DNA of 64,000 nt from Candidatus Omnitrophota bacterium. Lineage in GTDB: Bacteria; Omnitrophota; Gorgyraeia; Gorgyraeales; Gorgyraeaceae. The notes beneath the pieces were generated by a model. That model had not been told where the DNA came from. It ran no database searches and worked only from the letters and a program-made list of their open reading frames with translations. Within the stretch, counting starts at the first letter, position 1; each line of letters opens with the position of its first letter. The position numbers and the translations under genes were made by a program. This document shows, in pieces, positions 54,259-64,000 of this stretch. The DNA is taken from positions 1,379 to 65,378 of the forward strand of contig JBDRJN010000033.1 of assembly GCA_043814965.1 (NCBI GenBank). Direction: 5' to 3'.

Positions 54259-54407
54259 CTGGCAAGGTCTTCAAAAAGACGCTCCGCCAGAATTAGTGAT
54301 TTGTAAAGTTAGGCTTCGCTCCGTTTTGTTTTGACAGGCCAACTCTACAGTAATGCATGATCCGTCAGTTGCGCAAAACAAAAAGGCTTTTTTCAAGACC
54401 TTGCCAG
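54259..54407 (+). ncRNA. conserved structured repeat, copy 2: same core as 30011-30137, closed by ctggcaaggtcttcaaaa / ttttcaagaccttgccag
   Basis: Core ~85% identical to copy 1 with the same internal stem plus T-tract. The closing helix has a different sequence but still pairs. Confidence 0.45.
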
Positions 54408-54429
54408 CTAAAACAGCACTTATTATTAT

Positions 54430-55227
54430 ATGAACAAACTCGATAGATTAAAAAATGAATTAAAAAAACTTAAGAGCGTTGTAGTGGCATTCTCCGGAGG
54501 GGTTGATTCAAGCCTTTTATTAAAGGTTGCAAGTGATGTCTTGCCTAAGGACAAGACGCTCGCAGTCACCGCGGCATCTCCTACTTACACAAGTTCAGAA
54601 TTAAAACAGGCTAAGAGATTTGCAAGTTCCCTGGGCGTGAAACATCGGATAATCCGTACAGATGAATTGAAGGATGAGAAGTTCATAAAAAATCCTGTAG
54701 ATAGATGTTATTATTGCAAGAGAGAACTGTTCAAAAAGCTTACCCAGATCGCTAAAAAAGACAGGTTTTCCTCAGTCATAGATGCTACTAATTACGACGA
54801 TAGAGCGGATTATAGGCCTGGTAGTCTTGCCAAAAAAGAATTTAAAGTTGCAAGCCCTCTTGCGAAGGCGCGTTTTACTAAAAAAGATATACGTGATCAT
54901 TCCAGGAAAATGCGCCTTAAGACATGGGATATGCCTTCTATGGCGTGCCTGGCTTCGAGGTTTCCTTATGGGCAAAAAATAACATTTAAGAACCTGAGAA
55001 AGATATCTTTGGCTGAAGAAGCGATAAAAAAGCTTGGCATAAAACAGGTAAGGGTAAGGTTTCATGGCGATATAGCCAGGATCGAAATAGACAAAAAAGA
55101 CATAAAAAGATTTGTTAAAGATGGTTTTTATGATAGAATAATTAACCGTTTGAAATCCCTGGGGTTTCTCTATGTAGTGCTGGACCTTGAAGGATACAGG
55201 ACAGGAAGTTTGAACGAAGTGTTGTGA
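54430..55227 (+). CDS. PP-loop ATP pyrophosphatase, LarE-like sulfur transferase family
   Basis: SGGVDSS PP-loop; conserved Cys in CLASRFPYG; ~265 aa. Confidence 0.6.
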   Translation: MNKLDRLKNELKKLKSVVVAFSGGVDSSLLLKVASDVLPKDKTLAVTAASPTYTSSELKQAKRFASSLGVKHRIIRTDELKDEKFIKNPVDRCYYCKRELFKKLTQIAKKDRFSSVIDATNYDDRADYRPGSLAKKEFKVASPLAKARFTKKDIRDHSRKMRLKTWDMPSMACLASRFPYGQKITFKNLRKISLAEEAIKKLGIKQVRVRFHGDIARIEIDKKDIKRFVKDGFYDRIINRLKSLGFLYVVLDLEGYRTGSLNEVL

Positions 55228-55307
55228 AAGTTTTGTCCCTCGTGACAGGGTATAAAAAATAAGGCCGCTCGGGACGGATTTTCTAATAATAAAAGATCAA
55301 AAAATTC

Positions 55308-55384
55308 GGCGGCGTAGCTCAGCTGGTCAGAGCAGTCGGCTCATACCCGGCGCGTCAGTGGTTCGAATCCACTCGCCGCTACCA
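55308..55384 (+). tRNA. tRNA with anticodon CAT (elongator Met or, given tilS immediately downstream, candidate tRNA-Ile2 lysidine substrate)
   Basis: Cloverleaf: GGCGGCG/CGCCGCT acceptor (one G-U pair), D-arm GCTC...GAGC, anticodon arm GTCGG-CTCATAC-CCGGC, T-arm AGTGG-TTCGAAT-CCACT, encoded CCA. Lacks the three G-C pairs of an initiator tRNA. Confidence 0.75.
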
Positions 55385-55409
55385 GACCTAAGAATAGCAG
55401 AACAATCTA

Positions 55410-56425
55410 TGCCTTCCGCTTTAGTGGATCAAGTAAAATCAACTATAAAAAAGCATAATATGCTGGAGAAGCATGACAGGGTCCTTCTGGGCCTCTCGGG
55501 AGGAGCTGATTCTGTGGCGCTTCTCAATATTTTATCAGAGCTTAAAAAAGAGTACTCTTTGTACGTATATGTGGCGCACCTTGACCATAAATTCCGCGGA
55601 AAGGAATCAAGAGGAGACAGGATATTCTGCGAAGGGCTTGCAAAAGAGATGAACTTCGAGTTTTATTATGATGAAATAGATGTCCCTAAGATAGCTAAAG
55701 ATAAAGGCCTATCAAGCGAAGAAGCTGCAAGATCAGTCAGGTATGATTTTTTTAAAAATATCTGTAAAAGGCATGATATCAAAAAGATCGCAGTCGCCCA
55801 TACAAAGGATGACCAGGCTGAGACAGTCTTGATGAGGATGATAAGAGGGTCTGGTATGTCAGGGTTGGGAGGGATGAACCCTGTAAAAAAGATAGATAGC
55901 TTTTTTATCATAAGGCCTCTTATAGAGGCCTCGAGGGTCCAGGTAGAAGATTTCCTTGGAACCAATAAGCTAAGATACAGGCATGATTCTTCAAATGATT
56001 CAGTGGTCTTCACAAGGAATAAGATAAGAAAGGAACTGATCCCGTATCTAGAAAAGAACTTCAATTCCAATATCAAAGAAGTCCTTAGTAATATGGCTGA
56101 GAACTTACGAGTGGAAAATGAATTTTTCGAGAGGTATTCTACTAGAAAACGTAAGGGTATGTCTAAAAGGATAAGTGCTTCGGAGATACACATAGACATC
56201 AAGAAATTTCGCAGACAACCGGATGCCCTGAAAAAAAGAATATTGCGGAGCGCTCTCCAGGAGACAAAGGGCGACTTGCGAAGGTTTACATATCAGCACT
56301 GGAAGGAACTAGAGCTTTTGATAAATGAGAGGCCTACAAATTCTATCGTGGACCTCCCTGGCGGGATAGACGTGATTAAGAGTAAGAAAGAGATAATTAT
56401 TAAAAAAGAGCTAGGGAAAAAATAA
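55410..56425 (+). CDS. tilS: tRNA(Ile)-lysidine synthetase TilS
   Basis: PP-loop LSGGADS. Start placed at the ATG at 55410 after the tRNA; the track ORF start lies inside the tRNA. Confidence 0.85.
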
Positions 56426-56494
56426 GTCTCTTCGCTCAGGTGAAAATTTTTAACGTCTTTTATGAGCAGGCATGGTTCGCCATCGTAGATATCG

Positions 56495-56520
56495 GTAGGG
56501 GAGCCTTAAGGCTCCCCTAC
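56495..56520. repeat. REP-like GC palindrome, copy 3
   Basis: GTAGGGGAGCCTTAAGGCTCCCCTAC. Confidence 0.7.
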
Positions 56521-56571
56521 ATTATATAAGTCGGTAGTCGGTAAATAAGTCGGTAATCGGCAGGGGAGTCA

Positions 56572-56597
56572 GTAGGGGAGCTTTAAAGCTCCCCTAC
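56572..56597. repeat. REP-like GC palindrome, copy 4
   Basis: GTAGGGGAGCTTTAAAGCTCCCCTAC. Between copies 3 and 4 lies the tandem repeat taagtcggta(g/a)tcgg x2. Confidence 0.7.
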
Positions 56598-56719
56598 CTT
56601 AAATAAGGTTTAGGTGAGAGCGAGAAAAAACGAGAGTAAGATTTTCACGCTGGGAAAATTTTACGTCCTCGAAAACAGAACACACTGATAGATAGGGTGT
56701 AATAATATAAAAATAATTA

Positions 56720-56748
56720 TTGATTCTTATATTATTAGGTGATAATAT
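56720..56748 (+). promoter_or_regulatory. candidate sigma70 promoter for ftsH (TTGATT-N17-TAATAT with TG extension)
   Basis: Spacing and hexamers read directly; no experimental support. Confidence 0.35.
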
Positions 56749-56781
56749 CAATGTTTAAGATAAATATATTGGGGAGAAGAC

Positions 56782-58677
56782 ATGCAAAAGATCAAAAAAG
56801 TACCTAGCAAGAACAGAAAAAACAATAATAACAACAAGAACAAGCTCAATAAGAACCTCTTTTTTTGGATGGGGCTTTTTTTTATTTTTATATATATACT
56901 TAGAATGAGTTCTATGTCTTCTCCAGCAGTTCCGAGAGAGTTTACATATGGAGAGTTTTACAGGCTTTTGGCTAGCAATAAGGAAACCAACGCCATACAA
57001 TCTGTTGTAAAAGTCGAAGACAGGCTCAAAGGGGTCTTTTCTAATGGCACAAGTTTTAGTGTGTTTATACCGATAGAGGACAATGAACTTACGGCCCTTA
57101 TAAGGGATAATGTCGAAGATTTTGATGTAAAACCTCCGAAGACCTTATGGGCTAATATTTTTTATTCCCTTGGCCCCATGATCTTATTTATCGCGTTTTT
57201 ATGGTTTTTTATCTACAGGGGCGCTCAAGGCGGAGGAGGCGGCAGAATACTTTCTTTTGGAAAAAGCAGGGCCAGGCAGGTCAGTGGAGACAAGGCAAGG
57301 ATTACTTTCAATGATGTTGCTGGAGTTGACGAGGCTAAGGAGGAGTTGAAAGAGATAATAGAATTTTTAAAGGACCCAAAAAAGTTCCAGAAATTAGGAG
57401 GTAAGATCCCTAAGGGTGTGCTTCTCATGGGTCCTCCTGGCACAGGAAAGACGCTTCTTGCCAGGGCTGTCAGTGGAGAAGCCCGGGTACCATTTTTTAA
57501 TATAAGCGGTTCTGACTTTGTAGAGATGTTCGTCGGAGTAGGCGCTTCACGGGTAAGGGACCTATTCGATCAGGCAAAAAGAGCTGCAAAGGCAGAAGGA
57601 AAGGGTTGTATTATTTTTATAGATGAGATAGACGCTGTCGGTAGACAAAGATTTGCTGGGATAGGCGGAGGGCATGATGAAAGAGAACAGACCCTTAACG
57701 CGCTCCTTGTCGAGATGGACGGTTTTAATACGCAGGAGGGTGTTATACTTATAGCTGCTACCAATAGGCCCGACGTATTGGACCCTGCCTTACTTAGACC
57801 TGGTAGATTTGACAGGATAATAGTCATATCTAGGCCTGATATCATCGGGAGAGAAGCTATTCTTAAGGTCCACGTTAAAGATATAAGACTTGATAAGAGC
57901 GTGGAGCTCAATTCTATCGCAAGACAGACTCCTGGTTTTTCAGGGGCAGATCTGGCTAACCTGGTGAATGAAGCTGCGCTTTTAGCTGCCAGGAAAGATA
58001 AAGAGAGCGTGAGCATGAAAGAGATGCAGGAATCTATCGAAAGGGTCATTGCAGGGCCTGAGAGAAAGACGAGAGTGATAAGCCCTGAAGAGAAAAAAAT
58101 AGTCTCTTGCCATGAATCAGGGCATGCGCTTTTGGCCCTTCTTATACCAGGGGCGGACCCATTACATAAAGTATCTATCATACCCAGAGGCATTGCTCTG
58201 GGATATACGATGAGGCTTCCGATAGAGGATAGGTATATTGTCACGAGAAAAGAACTCTTAGGTAAGATCGTAGGCCTTTTAGGCGGAAGAGCCAGTGAAG
58301 AGATGATGTTTAATGAGCTTTCTACAGGCGCACAGGATGACTTAGAGAAGGCAACTGAGATATCAAGAGATATGGTTATGCGCTGGGGCATGAGCGATAA
58401 ATTAGGGCATATTACTTTTGGCAAAAGGGATAGCCAGGTCTTTTTAGGAAGAGATCTAACGGAAGAGAAAAATTATAGCGAGCAGACAGCCGTAGACATA
58501 GATAACGAAGTCCGAAAGATCATAGATGGATCCTATGAGGTCGCAAAAAAAGAACTCTCAAAGAACAAAGATAAATTGAAGGCACTATCTGATGCTTTAT
58601 TGGAGAAAGAGGTCATGGATTTTGAGGAAGTAAAGAAAATAGTCTTTCCTGAACCTAGTAAAGAAGAAATCAAATGA
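56782..58677 (+). CDS. ftsH: ATP-dependent zinc metalloprotease FtsH
   Basis: AAA Walker A GPPGTGKT, second-region-of-homology motif, and zinc-binding HESGH. Confidence 0.9.
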   Translation: MQKIKKVPSKNRKNNNNNKNKLNKNLFFWMGLFFIFIYILRMSSMSSPAVPREFTYGEFYRLLASNKETNAIQSVVKVEDRLKGVFSNGTSFSVFIPIEDNELTALIRDNVEDFDVKPPKTLWANIFYSLGPMILFIAFLWFFIYRGAQGGGGGRILSFGKSRARQVSGDKARITFNDVAGVDEAKEELKEIIEFLKDPKKFQKLGGKIPKGVLLMGPPGTGKTLLARAVSGEARVPFFNISGSDFVEMFVGVGASRVRDLFDQAKRAAKAEGKGCIIFIDEIDAVGRQRFAGIGGGHDEREQTLNALLVEMDGFNTQEGVILIAATNRPDVLDPALLRPGRFDRIIVISRPDIIGREAILKVHVKDIRLDKSVELNSIARQTPGFSGADLANLVNEAALLAARKDKESVSMKEMQESIERVIAGPERKTRVISPEEKKIVSCHESGHALLALLIPGADPLHKVSIIPRGIALGYTMRLPIEDRYIVTRKELLGKIVGLLGGRASEEMMFNELSTGAQDDLEKATEISRDMVMRWGMSDKLGHITFGKRDSQVFLGRDLTEEKNYSEQTAVDIDNEVRKIIDGSYEVAKKELSKNKDKLKALSDALLEKEVMDFEEVKKIVFPEPSKEEIK

Positions 58678-59510
58678 TAGATACTGGTTTTTCCGAACGT
58701 ACATATATAATGGGTGTCTTGAATATTACCCCTGATTCTTTCAGCGGAGACGGCATATATAAAAAAATCGGCCATGCCTTGGAAAAAGGGGAACTGCTGG
58801 TAAAGGAAGGGGCTGATATTATAGATGTAGGCGGGGAATCGACTCGTCCCGGGTCCAAGGCTGTGTCGCTGGAAGAAGAGATAGAAAGAGTCATACCAGT
58901 GATAGAAGGACTTAAAAAAAAGGTAGACGTACCTATATCAATTGATACAAAAAAATCAGAAGTAGCCAGGCTTGCATTAGAAAAAGGGGCTAGCATAGTA
59001 AATGATATAACAGGTTTAGAAGGTGACAGCGATATGGCTCGAATTGTAGCAAGTTTTGGAGCAAAAGTCGTTATAATGCATATAAAAGGCGAACCTTCCA
59101 CAATGCAACTTGATCCTATGTATGATAATTTAATAGAAGAGATCATCGCTAAGCTGCAGGAGCTTAGCGATAGAGCGCAGGCATCTGGTATAAAAAAAGA
59201 AAACATTATAATAGATCCTGGAATAGGGTTTGGAAAGACGCTTGAGCATAATCTAGAGATATTAAATGGCCTTTCCAGATTTAAGGTATTGGGGTACCCT
59301 GTCATGGTAGGTGTTTCCAGAAAATCATTCATAGGCCATATTTTGGAGAAAAGCCCGGAAGATAGGATATTTGGCACAGCCTCTAGCATAGCTATTGCAA
59401 TAAATAATGGAGCGGATATAATAAGAGTACACGATGTCCGTGAAATGGCCGAGGTAGCTAAAGTGGCTGATGCTATATTAAAAAGCGGAGAAAAAATAAA
59501 TGCTGGATAA
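58674..59510 (+). CDS. folP: dihydropteroate synthase
   Basis: MGVLNITPDSFSGDG pterin-binding N-terminus. Confidence 0.85.
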   Translation: MIDTGFSERTYIMGVLNITPDSFSGDGIYKKIGHALEKGELLVKEGADIIDVGGESTRPGSKAVSLEEEIERVIPVIEGLKKKVDVPISIDTKKSEVARLALEKGASIVNDITGLEGDSDMARIVASFGAKVVIMHIKGEPSTMQLDPMYDNLIEEIIAKLQELSDRAQASGIKKENIIIDPGIGFGKTLEHNLEILNGLSRFKVLGYPVMVGVSRKSFIGHILEKSPEDRIFGTASSIAIAINNGADIIRVHDVREMAEVAKVADAILKSGEKINAG

Positions 59511-60288
59511 TATTACATTGTTCAAGATATTGGTTGAGATAGGCATATTATGGTTCGTATTTTACGTGGTGCTTATTTTTGCCAGAGGCACCAGAGGAGT
59601 GCATGTCTTAAAAGGTATCGTACTTATAGTGTCGACTTTTATAATAACCCAGCAGTTGGGCCTGGATACGATAAATTGGATCTTTACTAAACTGTTTGCA
59701 ATATCTGTCGTGGCATTTTTGATAATATTTCAGCCGGAGCTTAGGAGAGGGCTTGCAAGCATAGGACAGCCTAGGTGGTCAGGTATATTTTTTAAAGAGG
59801 CAGAAGTCATCAATGAGGTAGTCAAGGCAGCATTGTCTCTTTCAAAGAAAAAGATAGGCGCATTGATAGCCATAGAAAGAGAAAGCAGGCTCAGGAATTA
59901 TGTTGAAAGCGGTATTGAGATAGATGCAAAGGTAAATACAGAACTTCTTATAACTATTTTTATGCCTAATACGCCTCTCCATGATGGAGGTGTTATAATA
60001 TCGGGAGATAGGATAATAGGCGCAAGCTGCCTATATCCTTTGACGCAAAATCCAAAGATATCCAGGACTCTTGGGACAAGGCATAGGGCAGGGCTTGGCC
60101 TTAGCGAAGAAACAGATGCTACGGTTATTATTGTATCGGAAGAGACGGGAGGGGTATCTATTGCTACCCAAGGAAAGCTTACTCATAATCTTGATGATGA
60201 GGCATTAAAGAGAGTGCTTAACAATCTATGCAAGCCTGACAAAAAGAAAAAAGGTATATTTTCAAAAGTACCCCCAAAGGTAACTTAA
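59500..60288 (+). CDS. cdaA: diadenylate cyclase CdaA (membrane-anchored DAC domain)
   Basis: Transmembrane N-terminus plus DAC motifs DGGVII...GTRHRAGLGLSEETDA. Confidence 0.85.
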   Translation: MLDNITLFKILVEIGILWFVFYVVLIFARGTRGVHVLKGIVLIVSTFIITQQLGLDTINWIFTKLFAISVVAFLIIFQPELRRGLASIGQPRWSGIFFKEAEVINEVVKAALSLSKKKIGALIAIERESRLRNYVESGIEIDAKVNTELLITIFMPNTPLHDGGVIISGDRIIGASCLYPLTQNPKISRTLGTRHRAGLGLSEETDATVIIVSEETGGVSIATQGKLTHNLDDEALKRVLNNLCKPDKKKKGIFSKVPPKVT

Positions 60289-60308
60289 CTAAAAATAAAA
60301 GGTCAGTT

Positions 60309-60530
60309 ATGAAAAATCTGATAGTTAATAATTTTTGGATAAAAATAGTATCATTGCTATTGGCTGTTATAACATGGTTTTATGTAAATGTAGAACTTAA
60401 TAAAGAAAGACGCCTTTCAGCTAGTTTTTATGAGTCTTCATATATGAGACACATCAGTCCATCCACAGTTCCCGCAGTAGATAAACAAGATAAAAAAATG
60501 AATAAAGGTTATATAGTGGAGAGCAGGTGA
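60309..60530 (+). CDS. short CdaR/YbbR-like N-terminal remnant (73 aa, one transmembrane helix); probably a truncated cdaR
   Basis: NNFWIKIVSLLLAVITWFYV resembles the YbbR N-terminal anchor. No YbbR repeats follow because pdxJ starts 2 nt later. Confidence 0.35.
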   Translation: MKNLIVNNFWIKIVSLLLAVITWFYVNVELNKERRLSASFYESSYMRHISPSTVPAVDKQDKKMNKGYIVESR

Positions 60531-60531
60531 C

Positions 60532-61245
60532 ATGCCTAAGCTTGGTGTCAACGTAGATCATGTGGCAACTTTGAGAGAGGCAAGAGGCGGTAAGGAACCT
60601 AGACTTGTCAATGCAGTTTCTATATGTGAAGCGGCAGGATGCGATAGTATAGTAGCTCATCTAAGGGAAGACAGGCGCCATATCAATGACCTAGATGTAA
60701 AGATGCTTAGAAAAAATATCACCACAAGGTTTAATCTTGAGATGTCTATCAATAAGGAGATCGTTGGGATAGCTAAAAAGATCAAGCCTGACCAAGCTAC
60801 TCTTGTCCCTGAGCGTAGACGTGAGTTGACAACCGAAGGTGGGCTCGATGTGTATAAAAATAGTAAAAAAATAGCTAAAGCCTCAGAAGAGCTGCTTAAA
60901 AATGGAATCGAAGTAAGCCTTTTTATTGATCCAGATAAGCGGCAGATAAGGGCAACAAGACAGATAGGTGTCAATGTCATAGAGATACATACGGGCATGT
61001 ATAGTTTAGCAGCTAAAAGGCCCTTGATAAAAAGAGAATACAATAAAATAAAGGATTCTATCAATTATGCATTGGATACGGGGCTTCTAGTAAATGCAGG
61101 CCATGGGCTTGACTATATCAACACAAAGATGATCGCTGGCATAAAAGGCATAAACGAGCTCAATATAGGCCATTCTATAATTTCTAGGAGTTTATTTGTA
61201 GGCCTTTACCAGGCAGTTAAAGAGATGAAGGGTCTAGCAAGATGA
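60532..61245 (+). CDS. pdxJ: pyridoxine 5'-phosphate synthase
   Basis: LGVNVDHVATLREARG N-terminus. Confidence 0.85.
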   Translation: MPKLGVNVDHVATLREARGGKEPRLVNAVSICEAAGCDSIVAHLREDRRHINDLDVKMLRKNITTRFNLEMSINKEIVGIAKKIKPDQATLVPERRRELTTEGGLDVYKNSKKIAKASEELLKNGIEVSLFIDPDKRQIRATRQIGVNVIEIHTGMYSLAAKRPLIKREYNKIKDSINYALDTGLLVNAGHGLDYINTKMIAGIKGINELNIGHSIISRSLFVGLYQAVKEMKGLAR

Positions 61246-61618
61246 TAGTGGGCACAGGTATAGATATAATAGAAGTATCCAGGATAAAAAATGCGCTGGA
61301 GATGTGGGGAGACAGGTTCCTGAAAAGGGTATTTACTGACAGGGAACTGGATTATGTAAATACAAAAAAGTTCTCACATGAAAATCTTGCTGCTAGATTT
61401 GCATGTAAAGAGTCAGTCCTTAAAGCGCTAGGGGATACCAGGATAGGCGCTAGTTTAAAACATATAGAAGTTATAAATAATAAAAAAGGTAAACCAGAAG
61501 TTATATTACATGGAGAGGCCAAGAAGTTTGCAGAGAAGAAAAAATTAGGCAATATCATAGTAAGTATGTCACACACCAGCAATTATGCTATAAGCAATGT
61601 CATACTCTGGAAAGACTG

Positions 61619-61619
<1 letters not shown>
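61242..61619 (+). CDS. acpS: holo-[acyl-carrier-protein] synthase
   Basis: GIDIIEVSRI...FACKESVLKALG motif; 125 aa. Confidence 0.85.
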
Positions 61620-62563
<944 letters not shown>

Positions 62564-62630
62564 TTTGATAGAGTTTAAGGTAGTGTAGGATTCGAATGGA
62601 GTCCGCTATATACGACGAATAGGAGTATAT

Positions 62631-62691
62631 GTTTAGCGGACGGATGGCCGACCCGCCCAAAGGCGGGCGCCGAATCCTCCTCTGCCCACCA
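62631..62691 (+). repeat. tRNA-Tyr-associated element: conserved module tttagcggacggatggccgacccgcccaaaggcgggcgc plus an exact 21-nt copy of the tRNA-Tyr 3' end (CGAATCCTCCTCTGCCCACCA)
   Basis: 62671-62691 is identical to 62539-62559. The preceding ~38 nt are near-identical to 62871-62908 downstream of tRNA-Thr. Confidence 0.7.
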
Positions 62692-62772
62692 AAAATTTTA
62701 TTATACAAAATTTTTGGTGAGGTCTCGTCCGTCAGTGAAACTGACGAGACGGACCCACCATGATTTTATTAA

Positions 62773-62848
62773 GCTGGCGTAGCTCAATAGGCAGAGCAAT
62801 TGATTTGTAATCAATAGGTTGGAGGTTCGATTCCTCTCGCCAGCTCCA
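62773..62848 (+). tRNA. tRNA-Thr (anticodon TGT)
   Basis: GCTGGCG/CGCCAGC acceptor, GCTC-AATAGGCA-GAGC D-arm, ATTGA-TTTGTAA-TCAAT anticodon arm, GGAGG-TTCGATT-CCTCT T-arm, encoded CCA. Confidence 0.85.
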
Positions 62849-62870
62849 TAATTTTAGAAGTAGAAGCTTA

Positions 62871-62929
62871 TATAGCGGACGGATGGCCGACCCGCCAAAG
62901 GCGGACGCCGATTCCTCTCGCCAGCTCCA
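62871..62929 (+). repeat. tRNA-Thr-associated element: the same conserved module plus an exact 21-nt copy of the tRNA-Thr 3' end (CGATTCCTCTCGCCAGCTCCA)
   Basis: 62909-62929 is identical to 62828-62848. Module tatatagcggacggatggccgacccgccaaaggcggacgc matches the Tyr-associated copy. Confidence 0.7.
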
Positions 62930-62978
62930 GATCTTTTTAAAAGCATAAGCTCCATAGTAAACTGTGTGCGAGGTTTTT

Positions 62979-63052
62979 GCGGGTGTAGCTCAATGGTAGA
63001 GCGCTAGCCTTCCAAGCTAGCTACGACGGTTCGATCCCGTTCACCCGCTCCA
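62979..63052 (+). tRNA. tRNA-Gly (anticodon TCC)
   Basis: GCGGGTG/CACCCGC acceptor, GCTC-AATGGTA-GAGC D-arm, CTAGC-CTTCCAA-GCTAG anticodon arm, GACGG-TTCGATC-CCGTT T-arm, encoded CCA. No downstream 3'-end duplicate seen. Confidence 0.85.
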
Positions 63053-63184
63053 GTTATTTTACAATTACTAGGATAGATCTATTGTCAACCGAATCGCAGG
63101 TATAACTAAGATGTCAACGGTAACCCGCCTCATTTTATGTTTGAACAAAAATTAATAGAAGAATTAAAAATTATTATTTCCAGG

Positions 63185-64000
63185 ATGATATGGAAAAAGA
63201 TAATTTTTATAATATTTATTTTAGGCATATTGATAGGAGCAGGCGCCTATTATATATATAACTCTATCAGAGGGGACGTTATAAGATTAATAGCCAGCCA
63301 ATTTGAAAAAGAAGATATCAAAGATCTTATAGATGAAGTAGCTTCTTCCGAAGCAAAGGATATATTAAAAGAGGGGATCTTACCTGAGATAGCTAATATC
63401 AAAAAGGATGTTCTAAGAGAGACCTCATCATTCAAAGATACCCTAGAGGACTATAAAATAAAATTTAGGGACGAATATAAGACCTTTGATGCAGAGATCA
63501 TTTTTTTGAAAAAATTAAACATGCTTAAGAAACTTTCAGATAAAGCTGTTGCTGACGGAAATCGCGATTCATTCAAGGCATTACAACAGATCATAGATAG
63601 TTTTCCAGAGCCGGACTTGATGAGTGCAGCCAAATCAGAACTACGTAATGTAAAGGCATTTTATGAAAATAAGTCTGCGGCCAAAGGAGTTCCTATATCG
63701 CACTTTGGTTCAGATGGCAAACAGGTCAAGGACGCTGATATGGCTACGCACTACCTTATTTTTGCCTTGAGAAACGATGGAGATTGGAAGATAAGGGCCA
63801 GGGCTGCGAACCTATTGGGAGACAGGAAAGAAAAGGGTGTGCCAGAGATACTTTTGGATGCTGCAGAAAAAGATATATCCCTAGATGTTTTGAAAGCATG
63901 TCTGCTGAGTTTTGAAAAGATCACTGGTTACGAGGGCAGCGAGGTGTTTGGCTACGAGCAGGCAAGGGATTGGTGGGCAAAGAACGATAGAAAGATAAAT
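63185..64000 (+). CDS. membrane-anchored HEAT/PBS-lyase-repeat protein, 3'-truncated at window edge
   Basis: Open frame from ATG 63185 to the window end, absent from the ORF track because it has no stop. N-terminal transmembrane helix, then HEAT-like repeats (ARAANLLGDRKEKGVPEILLDAAEKD). Confidence 0.5.
   Translation, partial: MIWKKIIFIIFILGILIGAGAYYIYNSIRGDVIRLIASQFEKEDIKDLIDEVASSEAKDILKEGILPEIANIKKDVLRETSSFKDTLEDYKIKFRDEYKTFDAEIIFLKKLNMLKKLSDKAVADGNRDSFKALQQIIDSFPEPDLMSAAKSELRNVKAFYENKSAAKGVPISHFGSDGKQVKDADMATHYLIFALRNDGDWKIRARAANLLGDRKEKGVPEILLDAAEKDISLDVLKACLLSFEKITGYEGSEVFGYEQARDWWAKNDRKIN

Overview
AT-rich bacterial chromosomal segment. Every supported coding gene lies on the + strand; minus-strand ORFs in the track sit inside plus-strand genes and look spurious. 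Content is mostly housekeeping, read from conserved motifs in the translations: ribD-ribE, rmuC, ligA, xerC/D-like recombinase, family-4 UDG, priA, def-fmt, gap, glgA plus a GH57 glucan enzyme, pgk-tpiA-secG, an Opp/Dpp-type ABC transporter, a REC/HD-GYP signalling cluster, archaeal-type apgM, cstA, lysC, cimA-like, valS, nadC, uvrB, birA, coaX, nfnAB-like, mnmA, larE-like, tilS, ftsH, folP, cdaA, pdxJ, acpS and nnrD. Archaeal-type ApgM, a CimA-like synthase, an NfnAB-like pair and GH57/GlgA glycogen genes suggest an anaerobic, possibly uncultivated lineage; this is inference. The unusual material is non-coding. (1) Three tRNAs (Pro, Tyr, Thr) are each followed within 60-130 bp by a GC hairpin module fused to an exact copy of that tRNA's own 3' end (33 nt for Pro, 21 nt for Tyr and Thr). 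(2) A ~84-aa GIY-YIG nuclease ORF sits in the tRNA-Pro locus between two tRNA-like fragments. (3) A ~125-nt conserved structured repeat occurs twice, with a conserved core ending in a terminator-like stem plus T-tract and closing stems that differ between copies but stay complementary. (4) Two MITE-like elements have related terminal inverted repeats. (5) A 26-nt GC palindrome occurs four times at operon ends. (6) Two GalT-like paralogs sit in tandem and one has lost the HxHxQ nucleophile histidine. (7) 7-nt x4 tandem repeats lie inside valS and the nfnB-like gene. No rRNA and no CRISPR array were seen.
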